The translations under genes and the position numbers were made by a program. DNA of 64,000 bases from NCBI RefSeq assembly GCF_035267225.1, contig NZ_DATFMA010000052.1:18797-82796 (forward strand), written 5' to 3'. The DNA comes from Ornithinimicrobium sp. (GTDB lineage: Bacteria; Actinomycetota; Actinomycetes; Actinomycetales; Dermatophilaceae). The notes beneath the pieces are model-generated. The model saw only the letters and a list, made by a program, of their open reading frames with translations. It did not search any database and was not told the origin of the DNA. Below, piece by piece: positions 37,863 through 46,370 of this stretch. Positions within the stretch are counted from its first letter, which is position 1, and the number at the start of each line of letters is the position of its first letter.

Positions 37863-38026
37863 GCGTGCTCCAGCGACCGGTACGTGTCGCGAGCGGGTTC
37901 ATCGTCGCACAGCAAGGGCCGAACACGAAACCCGGATCGCCTGTGTCGCAGAAAAAGAGGCTCATCCGTAACAATGGCCGCACATCCGCCCGCGGGCCCG
38001 TCGGCGGGGACGCCTAGTCTGGCCGC

Positions 38027-39394
38027 ATGCCTACCGCGATGCTGTGGCTGCGGCGCGACCTGCGTCTGCACGACCTGCCGGCTCTGACGGCGGCCTGGAA
38101 GGCCGCTGACGGGGGAAGAGTGCTCCCGGTGTTCGTGCTCGACCCCGATCTGCTCGAACAGTCGGACGTGCGCACCCACTGCCTGCTGTCGGCGCTGGAG
38201 GAGGCACAGCAGGCCTACGAGGGGGCGATCGTGCTGCGCCGCGGCAAGCCGGCCGAGGTGCTCCCGACGTTGGTGCAGGAGTCGGGTGCGCAGTCGGTGC
38301 ACATCTCCGCCGAGTCGACGCCCTACGGCCGCCGTCGCGACGAGCAGGTCAGCGACGCCCTGGGTCAGGTGCCCCTGGTGGCGACCGGATCGGCCTACGC
38401 GGTGGGACCGGGCACGATCTTCAACGGCTCAGGGGAGCCCTACAAGGTGTTCACGCCGTTCTCGAACGCCTGGCGCGACCACGGCTGGCCCGACCCGGCC
38501 CAGCCACCGTCCGACGTGCGCTGGCACCGGCAGGTCTCCTCCGAGCCGATGCCGGGAAAGCCGGAGCTCGTCGACGGGGTGGAGCTGCCGGCGGTGGGGG
38601 AGCAGGCGGCCCTGGAGCGCTGGCACGACTTTCTCGACGGAGGTGTCGGTGAGTACGACGACGAGCGGGACCGGCCCGACCACGACGGAACGAGCCAGCT
38701 GTCGGTGCAGCTGAAGTACGGCACGATCCATCCGAGGACCCTGCTGGCGGACCTCAAGGGACGCCGCGGCAAGGGGGTGTACGGGTTCGCCACCGAGATC
38801 GCCTGGCGCGAGTTCTACGCCGACGTGCTCTGGCACAACCCCAGCTCCGCGTGGCAGGACCTCAAGCCCCAGCTGTCGGCGATGGTCTATGACGACCCGG
38901 ACACCGACGACCAGGTGGCGCAGATGGTGCAGGCCTGGCGTGAGGGGAGGACCGGTTACCCGTTCGTGGACGCGGGGATGCGCCAGCTGCTGGCCGAGGG
39001 GTGGATGCACAACCGGGTGCGGATGGTCACCGCGAGCTTCCTGTGCAAGCACCTGCACGTGTGGTGGCCGCACGGAGCACGGCACTTCCTGCGGCACCTT
39101 CGCGACGGTGACATCGCCTCGAACAACCACGGTTGGCAGTGGGTGGCGGGGACAGGCACGGACGCCGCCCCGTACTTTCGCATCTTCAACCCCACCACGC
39201 AGGGGCAGCGGTTCGACCCGAGCGGTGACTACGTGCGCCGTTATGTGCCCGAGCTACGTCATCTGAGCGGCAAGTCGGTGCACGAGCCGTGGAAAGCCGA
39301 CGACGGCTACGAGCACGGCTATCCGGAGCGGGTCGTGGACCACAAAGAGGCGCGTTCCGAGGCGTTGGCGCGTTACGAGCAGTCCCGCTCCTGA
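38027..39394 (+). CDS. phr: Deoxyribodipyrimidine photolyase (CPD photolyase)
   Basis: WLRRDLRLHD, TSQLSVQLKYG, EIAWREFY, GRTGYPFVDAGMRQL..EGWMHNRVRM, DIASNNHGWQW, FRIFNP. Confidence 0.95.
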   Translation: MPTAMLWLRRDLRLHDLPALTAAWKAADGGRVLPVFVLDPDLLEQSDVRTHCLLSALEEAQQAYEGAIVLRRGKPAEVLPTLVQESGAQSVHISAESTPYGRRRDEQVSDALGQVPLVATGSAYAVGPGTIFNGSGEPYKVFTPFSNAWRDHGWPDPAQPPSDVRWHRQVSSEPMPGKPELVDGVELPAVGEQAALERWHDFLDGGVGEYDDERDRPDHDGTSQLSVQLKYGTIHPRTLLADLKGRRGKGVYGFATEIAWREFYADVLWHNPSSAWQDLKPQLSAMVYDDPDTDDQVAQMVQAWREGRTGYPFVDAGMRQLLAEGWMHNRVRMVTASFLCKHLHVWWPHGARHFLRHLRDGDIASNNHGWQWVAGTGTDAAPYFRIFNPTTQGQRFDPSGDYVRRYVPELRHLSGKSVHEPWKADDGYEHGYPERVVDHKEARSEALARYEQSRS

Positions 39395-39642
39395 CTACAC
39401 GCCGGCAGCTCGGCCTGTGCGTGCCCACACGGCGTAGGTCGCCCGGCGCTGCCGTGCCCCGACCCCACACCGCTCGGGTATGAGAGCAGAACGGACGGTG
39501 TGGCTCGAGCCACTCGACTGGGCGCACCAATGAGAGGACTGAGTACGAGTACGCCGAAAGGTGTGGCGGTTCTTCAATCGCGGCGCAAAAAGGCGCATAC
39601 CAAGCCGTAAGAATCCGGGCAAGGCTTTAGGCTTCTGTTCAT

Positions 39643-40857
39643 ATGGCAATCCGGCCGTTGGTGCGATCACCATTGACGACATCTTTGGTGGTGATGACGG
39701 TGGTGGCCGCGGGGTGCACTGCCTTCTCGACCGGCCGAACATCCATGCCGACCCCGAGTGCCGAATCGGCCCAGTCCGGGCCCAGCGCAGCCGGCGAAAC
39801 CGCGGCACACTGGCCCCCCGAGCGATCGACGGCTCCGTCCTCCACCTCGAAGGGCCCGGACCTCGCCCCGAAGACCGGCCCCGAACCCGAACCCGAACCC
39901 GAACCTGACCCGGAACCTGAACCCGACCCCGAACCCGTGGAGATCGCCTTCGTCGGCGACATCATGCTGGACCGCAACGTCGGGGCGCGCATCGACCGGG
40001 ACGGCCCGAGGGCGGTCCTGAAGAGCGTGCGAGGCGTGCTGCGTGAGGCCGACCTCACGGTGGGCAACCTCGAGACCCCCTTGGGCACCACCGGCACCAG
40101 AGCGCCGAAACGGTTCACCTTCCTGTCCGACCCTGAGACGGTCGAGGTGCTGACCGATGGAGGCTTCGACCTGGTGTCTCTGGCCAACAACCACATCCTG
40201 GACTACGGGCCCACGGCCCTCCGTAGCACGACCGACATCCTGGACCAGGCCGGGATCGCTCACGTAGGGGTCGGGGAGAACAGTCGCCAGGCTCATGCCC
40301 CGACCACGATCGAGGTGGGGGGCCAGCGCATCGCCTTCTTGGCCTACCTGAACATGCCGGTAGAGCGTTCGGGCTTCGACAGCAGGTCGTGGACCGCTGG
40401 CCCCGACTCACCGGGGGTGGCCTGGGGTGAGCCGGACCGGGTCGCTGAGGATGTGACCGCGGCCAGCGCACGAGCAGACCAGGTCATCGTGCTGCTGCAC
40501 AGTGGCTGGGAGAAGACCGAGACCTTGAGCCCCGAGCAGCAGGCGCTGGGCCGGGCCGCTCTGCGAGCGGGGGCCACCGCCGTTGTCGGAGCGCATCCGC
40601 ATCGCCTGCAGGCCCACGGGTACGCGGATCGCTCCTTCGTGGCGTGGAGTCTCGGCAACTTCGTCTTCGACTACCCGGACGGGACCCCAGAGACAGCCAG
40701 CGCCGTGCTCCACCTGACCCTCGAGGTCAGCGGTGTGAACGAGGCCCGCTGGACACCGGTGCGCATCGTGAACGGCTATCCCCGTGCCCAGGATCCGGAC
40801 ACGGACGGAGCCCAGATCATGCAGACCATCGAGCGGCTCGCGGTCACCGACAGGTGA
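39643..40857 (+). CDS. capA: CapA family (metallophosphoesterase-fold) lipoprotein
   Basis: Lipobox VAAG-C; FVGDIML, VGNLETP, LANNHILDYG, LHSG.E, GAHPH, SLGNFVF. Confidence 0.85.
   Translation: MAIRPLVRSPLTTSLVVMTVVAAGCTAFSTGRTSMPTPSAESAQSGPSAAGETAAHWPPERSTAPSSTSKGPDLAPKTGPEPEPEPEPDPEPEPDPEPVEIAFVGDIMLDRNVGARIDRDGPRAVLKSVRGVLREADLTVGNLETPLGTTGTRAPKRFTFLSDPETVEVLTDGGFDLVSLANNHILDYGPTALRSTTDILDQAGIAHVGVGENSRQAHAPTTIEVGGQRIAFLAYLNMPVERSGFDSRSWTAGPDSPGVAWGEPDRVAEDVTAASARADQVIVLLHSGWEKTETLSPEQQALGRAALRAGATAVVGAHPHRLQAHGYADRSFVAWSLGNFVFDYPDGTPETASAVLHLTLEVSGVNEARWTPVRIVNGYPRAQDPDTDGAQIMQTIERLAVTDR
39880..39936 (+). repeat. Hexamer CCNGAN tandem repeat encoding a (PE/PD)n linker in CapA
   Basis: cccgaacccgaacccgaacccgaacctgacccggaacctgaacccgaccccgaaccc. 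Confidence 0.9.
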
Positions 40858-40957
40858 ACTCTGCGGCGAGGTGTCCCCCCACCGGGCCTCGCGTCGTGGC
40901 AGCTGCCGCGAGGGACCCTGGATGGTCGCAGCGGCGGAGGGCGACGCTGGCCCGGGA

Positions 40958-42166
40958 CTACTCCTGTTGCGCGCGACGGAGGGCGACGCTGGCGAGCCAG
41001 GCGGCGGCATCCGGGAGCACCGAGTCGTCGAACGCCGCCCGCGAGGAGTGGTTGTCCTGCGCGTCGGCGACGTCGCCGGTGGCGTGAGCGCCCAGCCAGA
41101 AGAAGGCGCCGGGCACCTGCTGCAGCACGTACGACATGTCCTCCGAGCCCATCAACGGCACCTCCGCCTCCTCGTAGCGCTCCTCACCGAAGAGGTCGAC
41201 GCAGACCTGACGGCCGAGCTCGTACTCGGCCTCGTCGTTGACGGTCGCCGGATAGCCCTCGCTGTAGGCGACCGCGGCGGTCATCCCGTGAGCGGCGCTG
41301 ACTCCGGCGGCGACGCGCTCGACCGCGGCGCAGGCGACCTGGCGCACCTCAGGAGAGAACGTCCGCAAGGTGGCCGCCAGCTCGGCGGTGTCCGGGATGA
41401 TGTTCTCCTTCGTCCCGGCGGTGACTCGGCCTACCGTCAGCACGACCGACTCGAAGGCGTCGAACGTGCGGGTCACCATGGTCTGCAGGGCCAGCACGAT
41501 CTCGCAGGCGACCGGCACCGGGTCGGCTGCACGATGAGGCGTGGACCCGTGGCCGCCGCGGCCGGTCACGGTGATCGTGATGGTGTCGACCGCGGCCATC
41601 AAGCGTCCCGGCCTGGCCGACCACTGCCCCCGCTCCAGCCGTGACGAGAACACGTGCAGCGCGTACGCCCCGTCGACCGGGCGCCCCGCCGCGTCCAGCA
41701 CCCCCTCGGCGAGCATCGGCTCCGCGCCGCCGGGCCCCTCCTCGCCGGGCTGGAACATGAACACGACGTCGCCGGCCAGCTCGTCGCGGTGGGCGTGCAG
41801 CAGGCGGGCCGCGCCGATCAGTGCAGTGGTGTGCAGGTCGTGGCCGCAGGCGTGCATCGCTCCGGGTCGCTGGGAGGCGTAGGGGAGGTCGACCTCCTCG
41901 GCAACCGGCAGGGCGTCCATGTCGCCACGCAGCAGCACCACGGGCCCAGGTGGGTCGGAGGACCCGCCCTGCCCGCGCAGCACCGCGACCACCGAGGACA
42001 ACGCGGCGCCGGTAGCCACCTCCAGGTCAAGACCCTCGAGCTCGGCCAGCACGCGCGCCTGGGTCTTCGGCAGGTCCAGGCCTACCTCGGGGATCCGGTG
42101 CAGGTCACGCCGCAGCGCCTGCAGCTCACCTGCCATCGAGCGGGCCCGGTCGAGGAGAGAAGACAT
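40958..42166 (-). CDS. M20 family amidohydrolase (hippurate hydrolase-like)
   Basis: RRDLHRIPE, LLRGDMDALP, MHACGHD, FQPGEEG, GRGGHGS, GSEDMS. Confidence 0.92.
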   Translation of the reverse strand: MSSLLDRARSMAGELQALRRDLHRIPEVGLDLPKTQARVLAELEGLDLEVATGAALSSVVAVLRGQGGSSDPPGPVVLLRGDMDALPVAEEVDLPYASQRPGAMHACGHDLHTTALIGAARLLHAHRDELAGDVVFMFQPGEEGPGGAEPMLAEGVLDAAGRPVDGAYALHVFSSRLERGQWSARPGRLMAAVDTITITVTGRGGHGSTPHRAADPVPVACEIVLALQTMVTRTFDAFESVVLTVGRVTAGTKENIIPDTAELAATLRTFSPEVRQVACAAVERVAAGVSAAHGMTAAVAYSEGYPATVNDEAEYELGRQVCVDLFGEERYEEAEVPLMGSEDMSYVLQQVPGAFFWLGAHATGDVADAQDNHSSRAAFDDSVLPDAAAWLASVALRRAQQE

Positions 42167-42192
42167 GGGCACAGTCTCGCTGGCCGGCGCGG

Positions 42193-43572
42193 TTACGCCG
42201 AGACGCCTCGCAGTGTCGGCCGCTCCATCGTGCGCCAGGAGACGAGCGCCGTCGCCAAGGTCAGACCTCCGGTGAGGACGAACACCGGCCAGTAGGTGCC
42301 GGTGAACACGAACAAGGGCGTGCACACGGCGATGGCGAGGGTCCCGCCCAGCATCTGGATGCTGAGGTTCAGGCCACTGGCCTGGCCTTGCTTGTCGGCC
42401 GACACGGCGCCCATCACCATGGGCCGGGTCGTCACCGCGATGAACGGCATCACGGCGCCCCAGGCGATGAGCACGGTGACGATGAGCACCTGGCTGCGCA
42501 GCACCGTGGCCACCCCGATGAGCACCAGCGTCGTGGCCGTGAGGATGAGCGCCAGGGTGACCGGTGCCCGGGCGCGTCCGGCGTCGCGGACCCTGCCGGC
42601 GAGCCGAGAGGTGGCCAGCGTGGGCAGGATGGCGACGCTGAGGACCAGGCCCGCCTCGATGGGCCCCATCCCCGCGACGTGCTGCAGGTACAGCGCCATG
42701 AAGACGAAGACGATCATCTTCTCGAACTGGAACATCGCGAAGACCACATTGCCCCCGGCGAACGGGGGGATCGACAGCAGGTCGAGCTCGATCAGGGGGT
42801 CGGAGCGACGGAGCTCTGTCATCACGAAAACCGCGAGCAGCACGCTGCCTCCCATCAGGGAGCCGAGGACCCGCACCGAGCCCCACCCCCAGTCGGTGGC
42901 TTCCATGAGGGCGACGGTGATGCCGGTCAGGCCGATCGTCAGGGCAAGCAGGCCGGGGTAGTCGAACCGTGGCAGCGCGCGCAGGCGGGTGCCGCCCGGT
43001 CCCGGCGCCTCCGGGGGAAGGAGCAGCAGGAGGATGCCCGCCGTGATGGCCACTACCGGCAGGTTGACGAAGAAGATCCACCGCCAGGAGACCAGCTCGG
43101 AGAACACCCCGCCCACCAAGGGCCCCGCAGCCATGAAGCAGGCCGCGATGGTGGACTGGACGCCGAAGGCGAAGCCGCGGCGCTCCGGCGGGAAGGCGGA
43201 GGACACGATGGCCATCGACGCCGGGAAGGTCACCGCAGCCCCCACGCCCTGCAGTGCGCGGCCCGCGACGAGCCACCCGCCGGTCGGTGCGGCACCGGCC
43301 ACCAGAGATCCCAGCGCGAAGAGGCAGGCGCCGGCGGGAAAAACGCTGCGCCTGCCGAGCAGGTCACCAAGCCTGCCTCCCGTGGCCAGGAAGCAGCTGA
43401 AGGTGAGCAGGTAGGCGTTCACGACCCAGTGGCTGGCCAGGGTGGACATGCCGAGGTCGGAGCGCATCGTCGGAAGGGCGACGCCGACCACGGTCTCGTC
43501 GAGCACCACGAGTCCGAGCACGGTGCTGGCCGAGATGAGGACCCACCAGGGGCGGTTGAGGTCGGTGATCAC
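42193..43572 (-). CDS. MFS transporter, DHA2 (14-TM) family
   Basis: VVNAYLLTFS, GRLGDLLGRR, GPLVGG...WRWIFFVNLP. Confidence 0.9.
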   Translation of the reverse strand: MITDLNRPWWVLISASTVLGLVVLDETVVGVALPTMRSDLGMSTLASHWVVNAYLLTFSCFLATGGRLGDLLGRRSVFPAGACLFALGSLVAGAAPTGGWLVAGRALQGVGAAVTFPASMAIVSSAFPPERRGFAFGVQSTIAACFMAAGPLVGGVFSELVSWRWIFFVNLPVVAITAGILLLLLPPEAPGPGGTRLRALPRFDYPGLLALTIGLTGITVALMEATDWGWGSVRVLGSLMGGSVLLAVFVMTELRRSDPLIELDLLSIPPFAGGNVVFAMFQFEKMIVFVFMALYLQHVAGMGPIEAGLVLSVAILPTLATSRLAGRVRDAGRARAPVTLALILTATTLVLIGVATVLRSQVLIVTVLIAWGAVMPFIAVTTRPMVMGAVSADKQGQASGLNLSIQMLGGTLAIAVCTPLFVFTGTYWPVFVLTGGLTLATALVSWRTMERPTLRGVSA

Positions 43573-43626
43573 CGATCCGCTCCTCTCATGGGGAAGACTC
43601 TGAGGCCCTATGACGATGAAACACCC

Positions 43627-44868
43627 ATGACCACCCCTGTGTCCCGCCCCCCGACGCTCGCTGCCGAGAGCGCGGACGCGACGACGATCCGCCTGGCCAG
43701 CATCGCACTGGTCGTCGGCGGCTTCGGCATCGGCGTGACCGAGTTCGTCACCATGGGCCTGCTGCCGCAGATCGCCCGCGGCATCGGCGTCGACATCCCG
43801 ACCGCGGGACACACCATCTCCGCGTACGCCCTGGGCGTGGTCCTCGGCGCGCCGTTGCTGTCCATCCTGGGCGCGAAGGCGCCGCGCCGGGCCATGTTGC
43901 TCGGCCTGATGTCGGCCTTCGCCGTCGGCAACGCCCTCGCCGCGATGGCGCCGAACTACGAGACGTTGATGCTGGCCCGGTTCGTCTCCGGCGTCCCCCA
44001 CGGCGCCTTCTTCGGCATGGCCTCGCTGGTCGCGGTGAGCCTGGCCCCCACGGGCCGCAGCGGTCGGGCTGTCGGGCGGATCATGCTCGGCATCCCGCTG
44101 GCGAACATCGTCGGCGTCCCGGCGGTGACCTGGCTCGGCCAGCTCTACGGCTGGCGCACCGCGTACTGGGTCGTGGCCGGCGTCGGGGTGCTGACGGTCG
44201 TGCTGGTGCGCCGCTGGGTGCCGCGCACCGACGCCGACCCCGAGCAGAACTGGCACCGTGAGCTGCAGGCCTTCCGCAGCGCCCAGGTATGGCTGACGAT
44301 CGGTGTCGGTGCCGTCGGTTTCGGCGGGATGTTCGCGATGTACTCCTACATCGCCCCGACGGTCACCGAGGTCACCGGTCGGCCGGAGAGCTGGGTGCCG
44401 GTGTTCCTGCTCGCCTTCGGTCTCGGCTCGATCGTCGGCACCTGGCTCGGCGGCGTGCTCGCGGACTGGTCGGTGCTGCGGTCTCTGGCCATCAACGGTG
44501 CGATCATGACCCTGCTGCTGCTGGCGTTCTCGGTGACCGCCCAGTGGACCGTGCCCGCCATGCTCACGGTGTTCGCGGTGTCTGTGGTCACCGGCGCGTG
44601 GGTCATCGGGCTGCAGATGCGGCTGATGAGCGTCGCCGGGGCGGCGCGCAACCTGGGCGCCGCGATGAACCACGCGTCGCTGAACTTCGCCAACGCCACG
44701 GGCGCGTTCCTCGGCGGATCGGTCATCGCCGCGGGGTACGGCTACCGCGCTCCGAGCGTCGTCGGCGCGGCGCTCGCCCTCGGTGGCCTGCTCCTACTGG
44801 CCTGCTCCGTCGCCGTGCACCGGCGCGACACCGCGCTCGAGCTGGGCGCCGTCGACCCCGCGCAGTGA
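43627..44868 (+). CDS. MFS transporter, DHA1/AraJ-YdhP-like
   Basis: GFGIGVTEFVTMGLLP, ISAYALGVVLGAP, RFVSGVPHGAFFG. Confidence 0.9.
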   Translation: MTTPVSRPPTLAAESADATTIRLASIALVVGGFGIGVTEFVTMGLLPQIARGIGVDIPTAGHTISAYALGVVLGAPLLSILGAKAPRRAMLLGLMSAFAVGNALAAMAPNYETLMLARFVSGVPHGAFFGMASLVAVSLAPTGRSGRAVGRIMLGIPLANIVGVPAVTWLGQLYGWRTAYWVVAGVGVLTVVLVRRWVPRTDADPEQNWHRELQAFRSAQVWLTIGVGAVGFGGMFAMYSYIAPTVTEVTGRPESWVPVFLLAFGLGSIVGTWLGGVLADWSVLRSLAINGAIMTLLLLAFSVTAQWTVPAMLTVFAVSVVTGAWVIGLQMRLMSVAGAARNLGAAMNHASLNFANATGAFLGGSVIAAGYGYRAPSVVGAALALGGLLLLACSVAVHRRDTALELGAVDPAQ

Positions 44869-44870
44869 GC

Positions 44871-45566
44871 ATGTCCGAGCCGGCGCGGCGGGGTCTGCGC
44901 ACCGCCCTGCCGCTCGCGGTCAGCGCCCTGCCCTTCGGCCTCGTCTACGGCGTGGTCGTGGTGGACAGCTCGATCTCGCCGTGGGTGGGGTTGGCCGGCT
45001 CCTGGCTGATCCTGGCAGGCGCAGCGCAGATCAGCATGGTCGAGCTGCTCCACGCCGGAGCGGCATGGCCCGTGGTCATCGGCACCGCTCTGGTCATCAA
45101 CACCAGGATGGCCCTGTACAGCGCCGCACTCGCCCCCGCCTTCTCCGCCTTCGACCGCAGGTGGCGGTGGACACTGCCCTACTTGCTCACCGACCAGGCC
45201 GCGGTCGTCTCGATCAGCGAGTTCGAGCACCGCCGCGACCCGCGGGAGCGGCGCGTCTTCTACACCGCGGCCGCCTTGCTCATTGCCGGGTTCTGGTGGG
45301 TCGGTTCGGTACTGGGTGTCCTCGCGGGTGGCTCGATCCCGGAGGAGACCAACATCGGATTCGCGGTCCCGGCCATGTTCCTGGCCTTGCTCGTCCCGTC
45401 CTTGTCCAACCGCCCGACGGTCCTCGCGGCGGTGACGGCCGCGGTCGTGAGCGTGGCTGCAGCCGGGTTGCCCAACGGTGTCAACATCACCGTGGCCGCG
45501 CTGGCCGGGATCGCCTCGGGTCGACTGGCGCTGGGTCGCAGCCGCTCCGCGGAGGCCATGCCATGA
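44871..45566 (+). CDS. azlC: AzlC family branched-chain amino acid exporter permease
   Basis: PFGLVYG, AGAAQI, INTRMALYS, LLTDQA, FAVPAMFLALL. Confidence 0.9.
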   Translation: MSEPARRGLRTALPLAVSALPFGLVYGVVVVDSSISPWVGLAGSWLILAGAAQISMVELLHAGAAWPVVIGTALVINTRMALYSAALAPAFSAFDRRWRWTLPYLLTDQAAVVSISEFEHRRDPRERRVFYTAAALLIAGFWWVGSVLGVLAGGSIPEETNIGFAVPAMFLALLVPSLSNRPTVLAAVTAAVVSVAAAGLPNGVNITVAALAGIASGRLALGRSRSAEAMP

Positions 45567-45880
45567 GTCCCTTGCTCCAGATCATCATCGCGGGCGTCGG
45601 GACCTACCTGCTGCGTCTGTCCTTCATCGGGCTGTCCGCCCGGCTGGGCGCGCCCTCCGCCCGCACCGAGGCGACCCTGGGCCTGATCGCGCCCGCCGTG
45701 CTCGCGGCGATCATCGCCGACCAGCTCTTCGTCGGCGACCAAGGGCTGGTCGTGCAGTGGAGCTGGTGGATCGGCGGCGTCATCGCCGGTCTGGTCGCCT
45801 GGCGGTGGCGCTCGGCCGGCATCACGATGGTGGTCGGGCTGGTCTGCGTGTGGGTGCTCGACGCGATGCTGGGCATGTGA
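45563..45880 (+). CDS. azlD: AzlD domain protein
   Basis: GVGTYLLRLSF, IAPAVLAAII; ATGA overlap with azlC. Confidence 0.85.
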   Translation: MSPLLQIIIAGVGTYLLRLSFIGLSARLGAPSARTEATLGLIAPAVLAAIIADQLFVGDQGLVVQWSWWIGGVIAGLVAWRWRSAGITMVVGLVCVWVLDAMLGM

Positions 45881-46001
45881 CCCCGACCGAGCTCGGCGAT
45901 GCTTCCCGGTGGCGTCGCGGCCGACGCTGGGCACCCGCGACCCCGCCGAGTGGGGTGGCGCACACCGGCTCTGCGCGGGCTGATCGCCGCAAGGGCAGGG
46001 A

Positions 46002-46370
46002 GTGGGTCACAGTTTCCCCAGGACGAATGGGGCACGTCCGGCCGAGGAGCCGAGCGCCGAGGGTGGGGAACAGCCGCCGGAGCAGGCCGGTCGCACGCGT
46101 GAGGAGAGCTCCAGCACCGCCACGGGGGTCGACGACTGGCGCGTCGAGAGCGACCCCGCCTCGGAGGTGACGGCGGCCACCGGGCAGGGCGGGTCCGACC
46201 CCGTCGGTGGGCAGGCGAGCCACCCCGGGCCGGACAACAGCGAGGGGACGCTCGTGCAGGCACCAGCCGGGGGCAAGATGGGCAGCGAGGAGCCGGCCAG
46301 CGACCAGGAGGCGGAGGAGCTGCAGTCCTTCGCCGCTCGGGCGACCGACGAGATGCACGAACAGTCGTGA
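46002..46370 (+). CDS. Acidic low-complexity hypothetical protein (start uncertain)
   Basis: High GC at third codon positions; E/D/S/G-rich; stop overlaps the next start (GTGA). Confidence 0.5.
   Translation: MGHSFPRTNGARPAEEPSAEGGEQPPEQAGRTREESSSTATGVDDWRVESDPASEVTAATGQGGSDPVGGQASHPGPDNSEGTLVQAPAGGKMGSEEPASDQEAEELQSFAARATDEMHEQS

Noticed and set aside
37757-38017. Short ORFs between the two photolyase genes
   Set aside because: No family motifs or SD, and they overlap the structured inverted repeat and the phr promoter.
39480-39600. Possible glycine, c-di-GMP or c-di-AMP riboswitch upstream of capA
   Set aside because: Only fragments match (GAGAG, CGCCGAAAGG). The required CTCTCAGG or other core motifs are absent, so it is not called as a feature.
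39880-39936. Tandem repeat as a possible CRISPR or mobile-element signature
   Set aside because: In-frame hexamer coding for a PE/PD linker; no spacers or cas genes.
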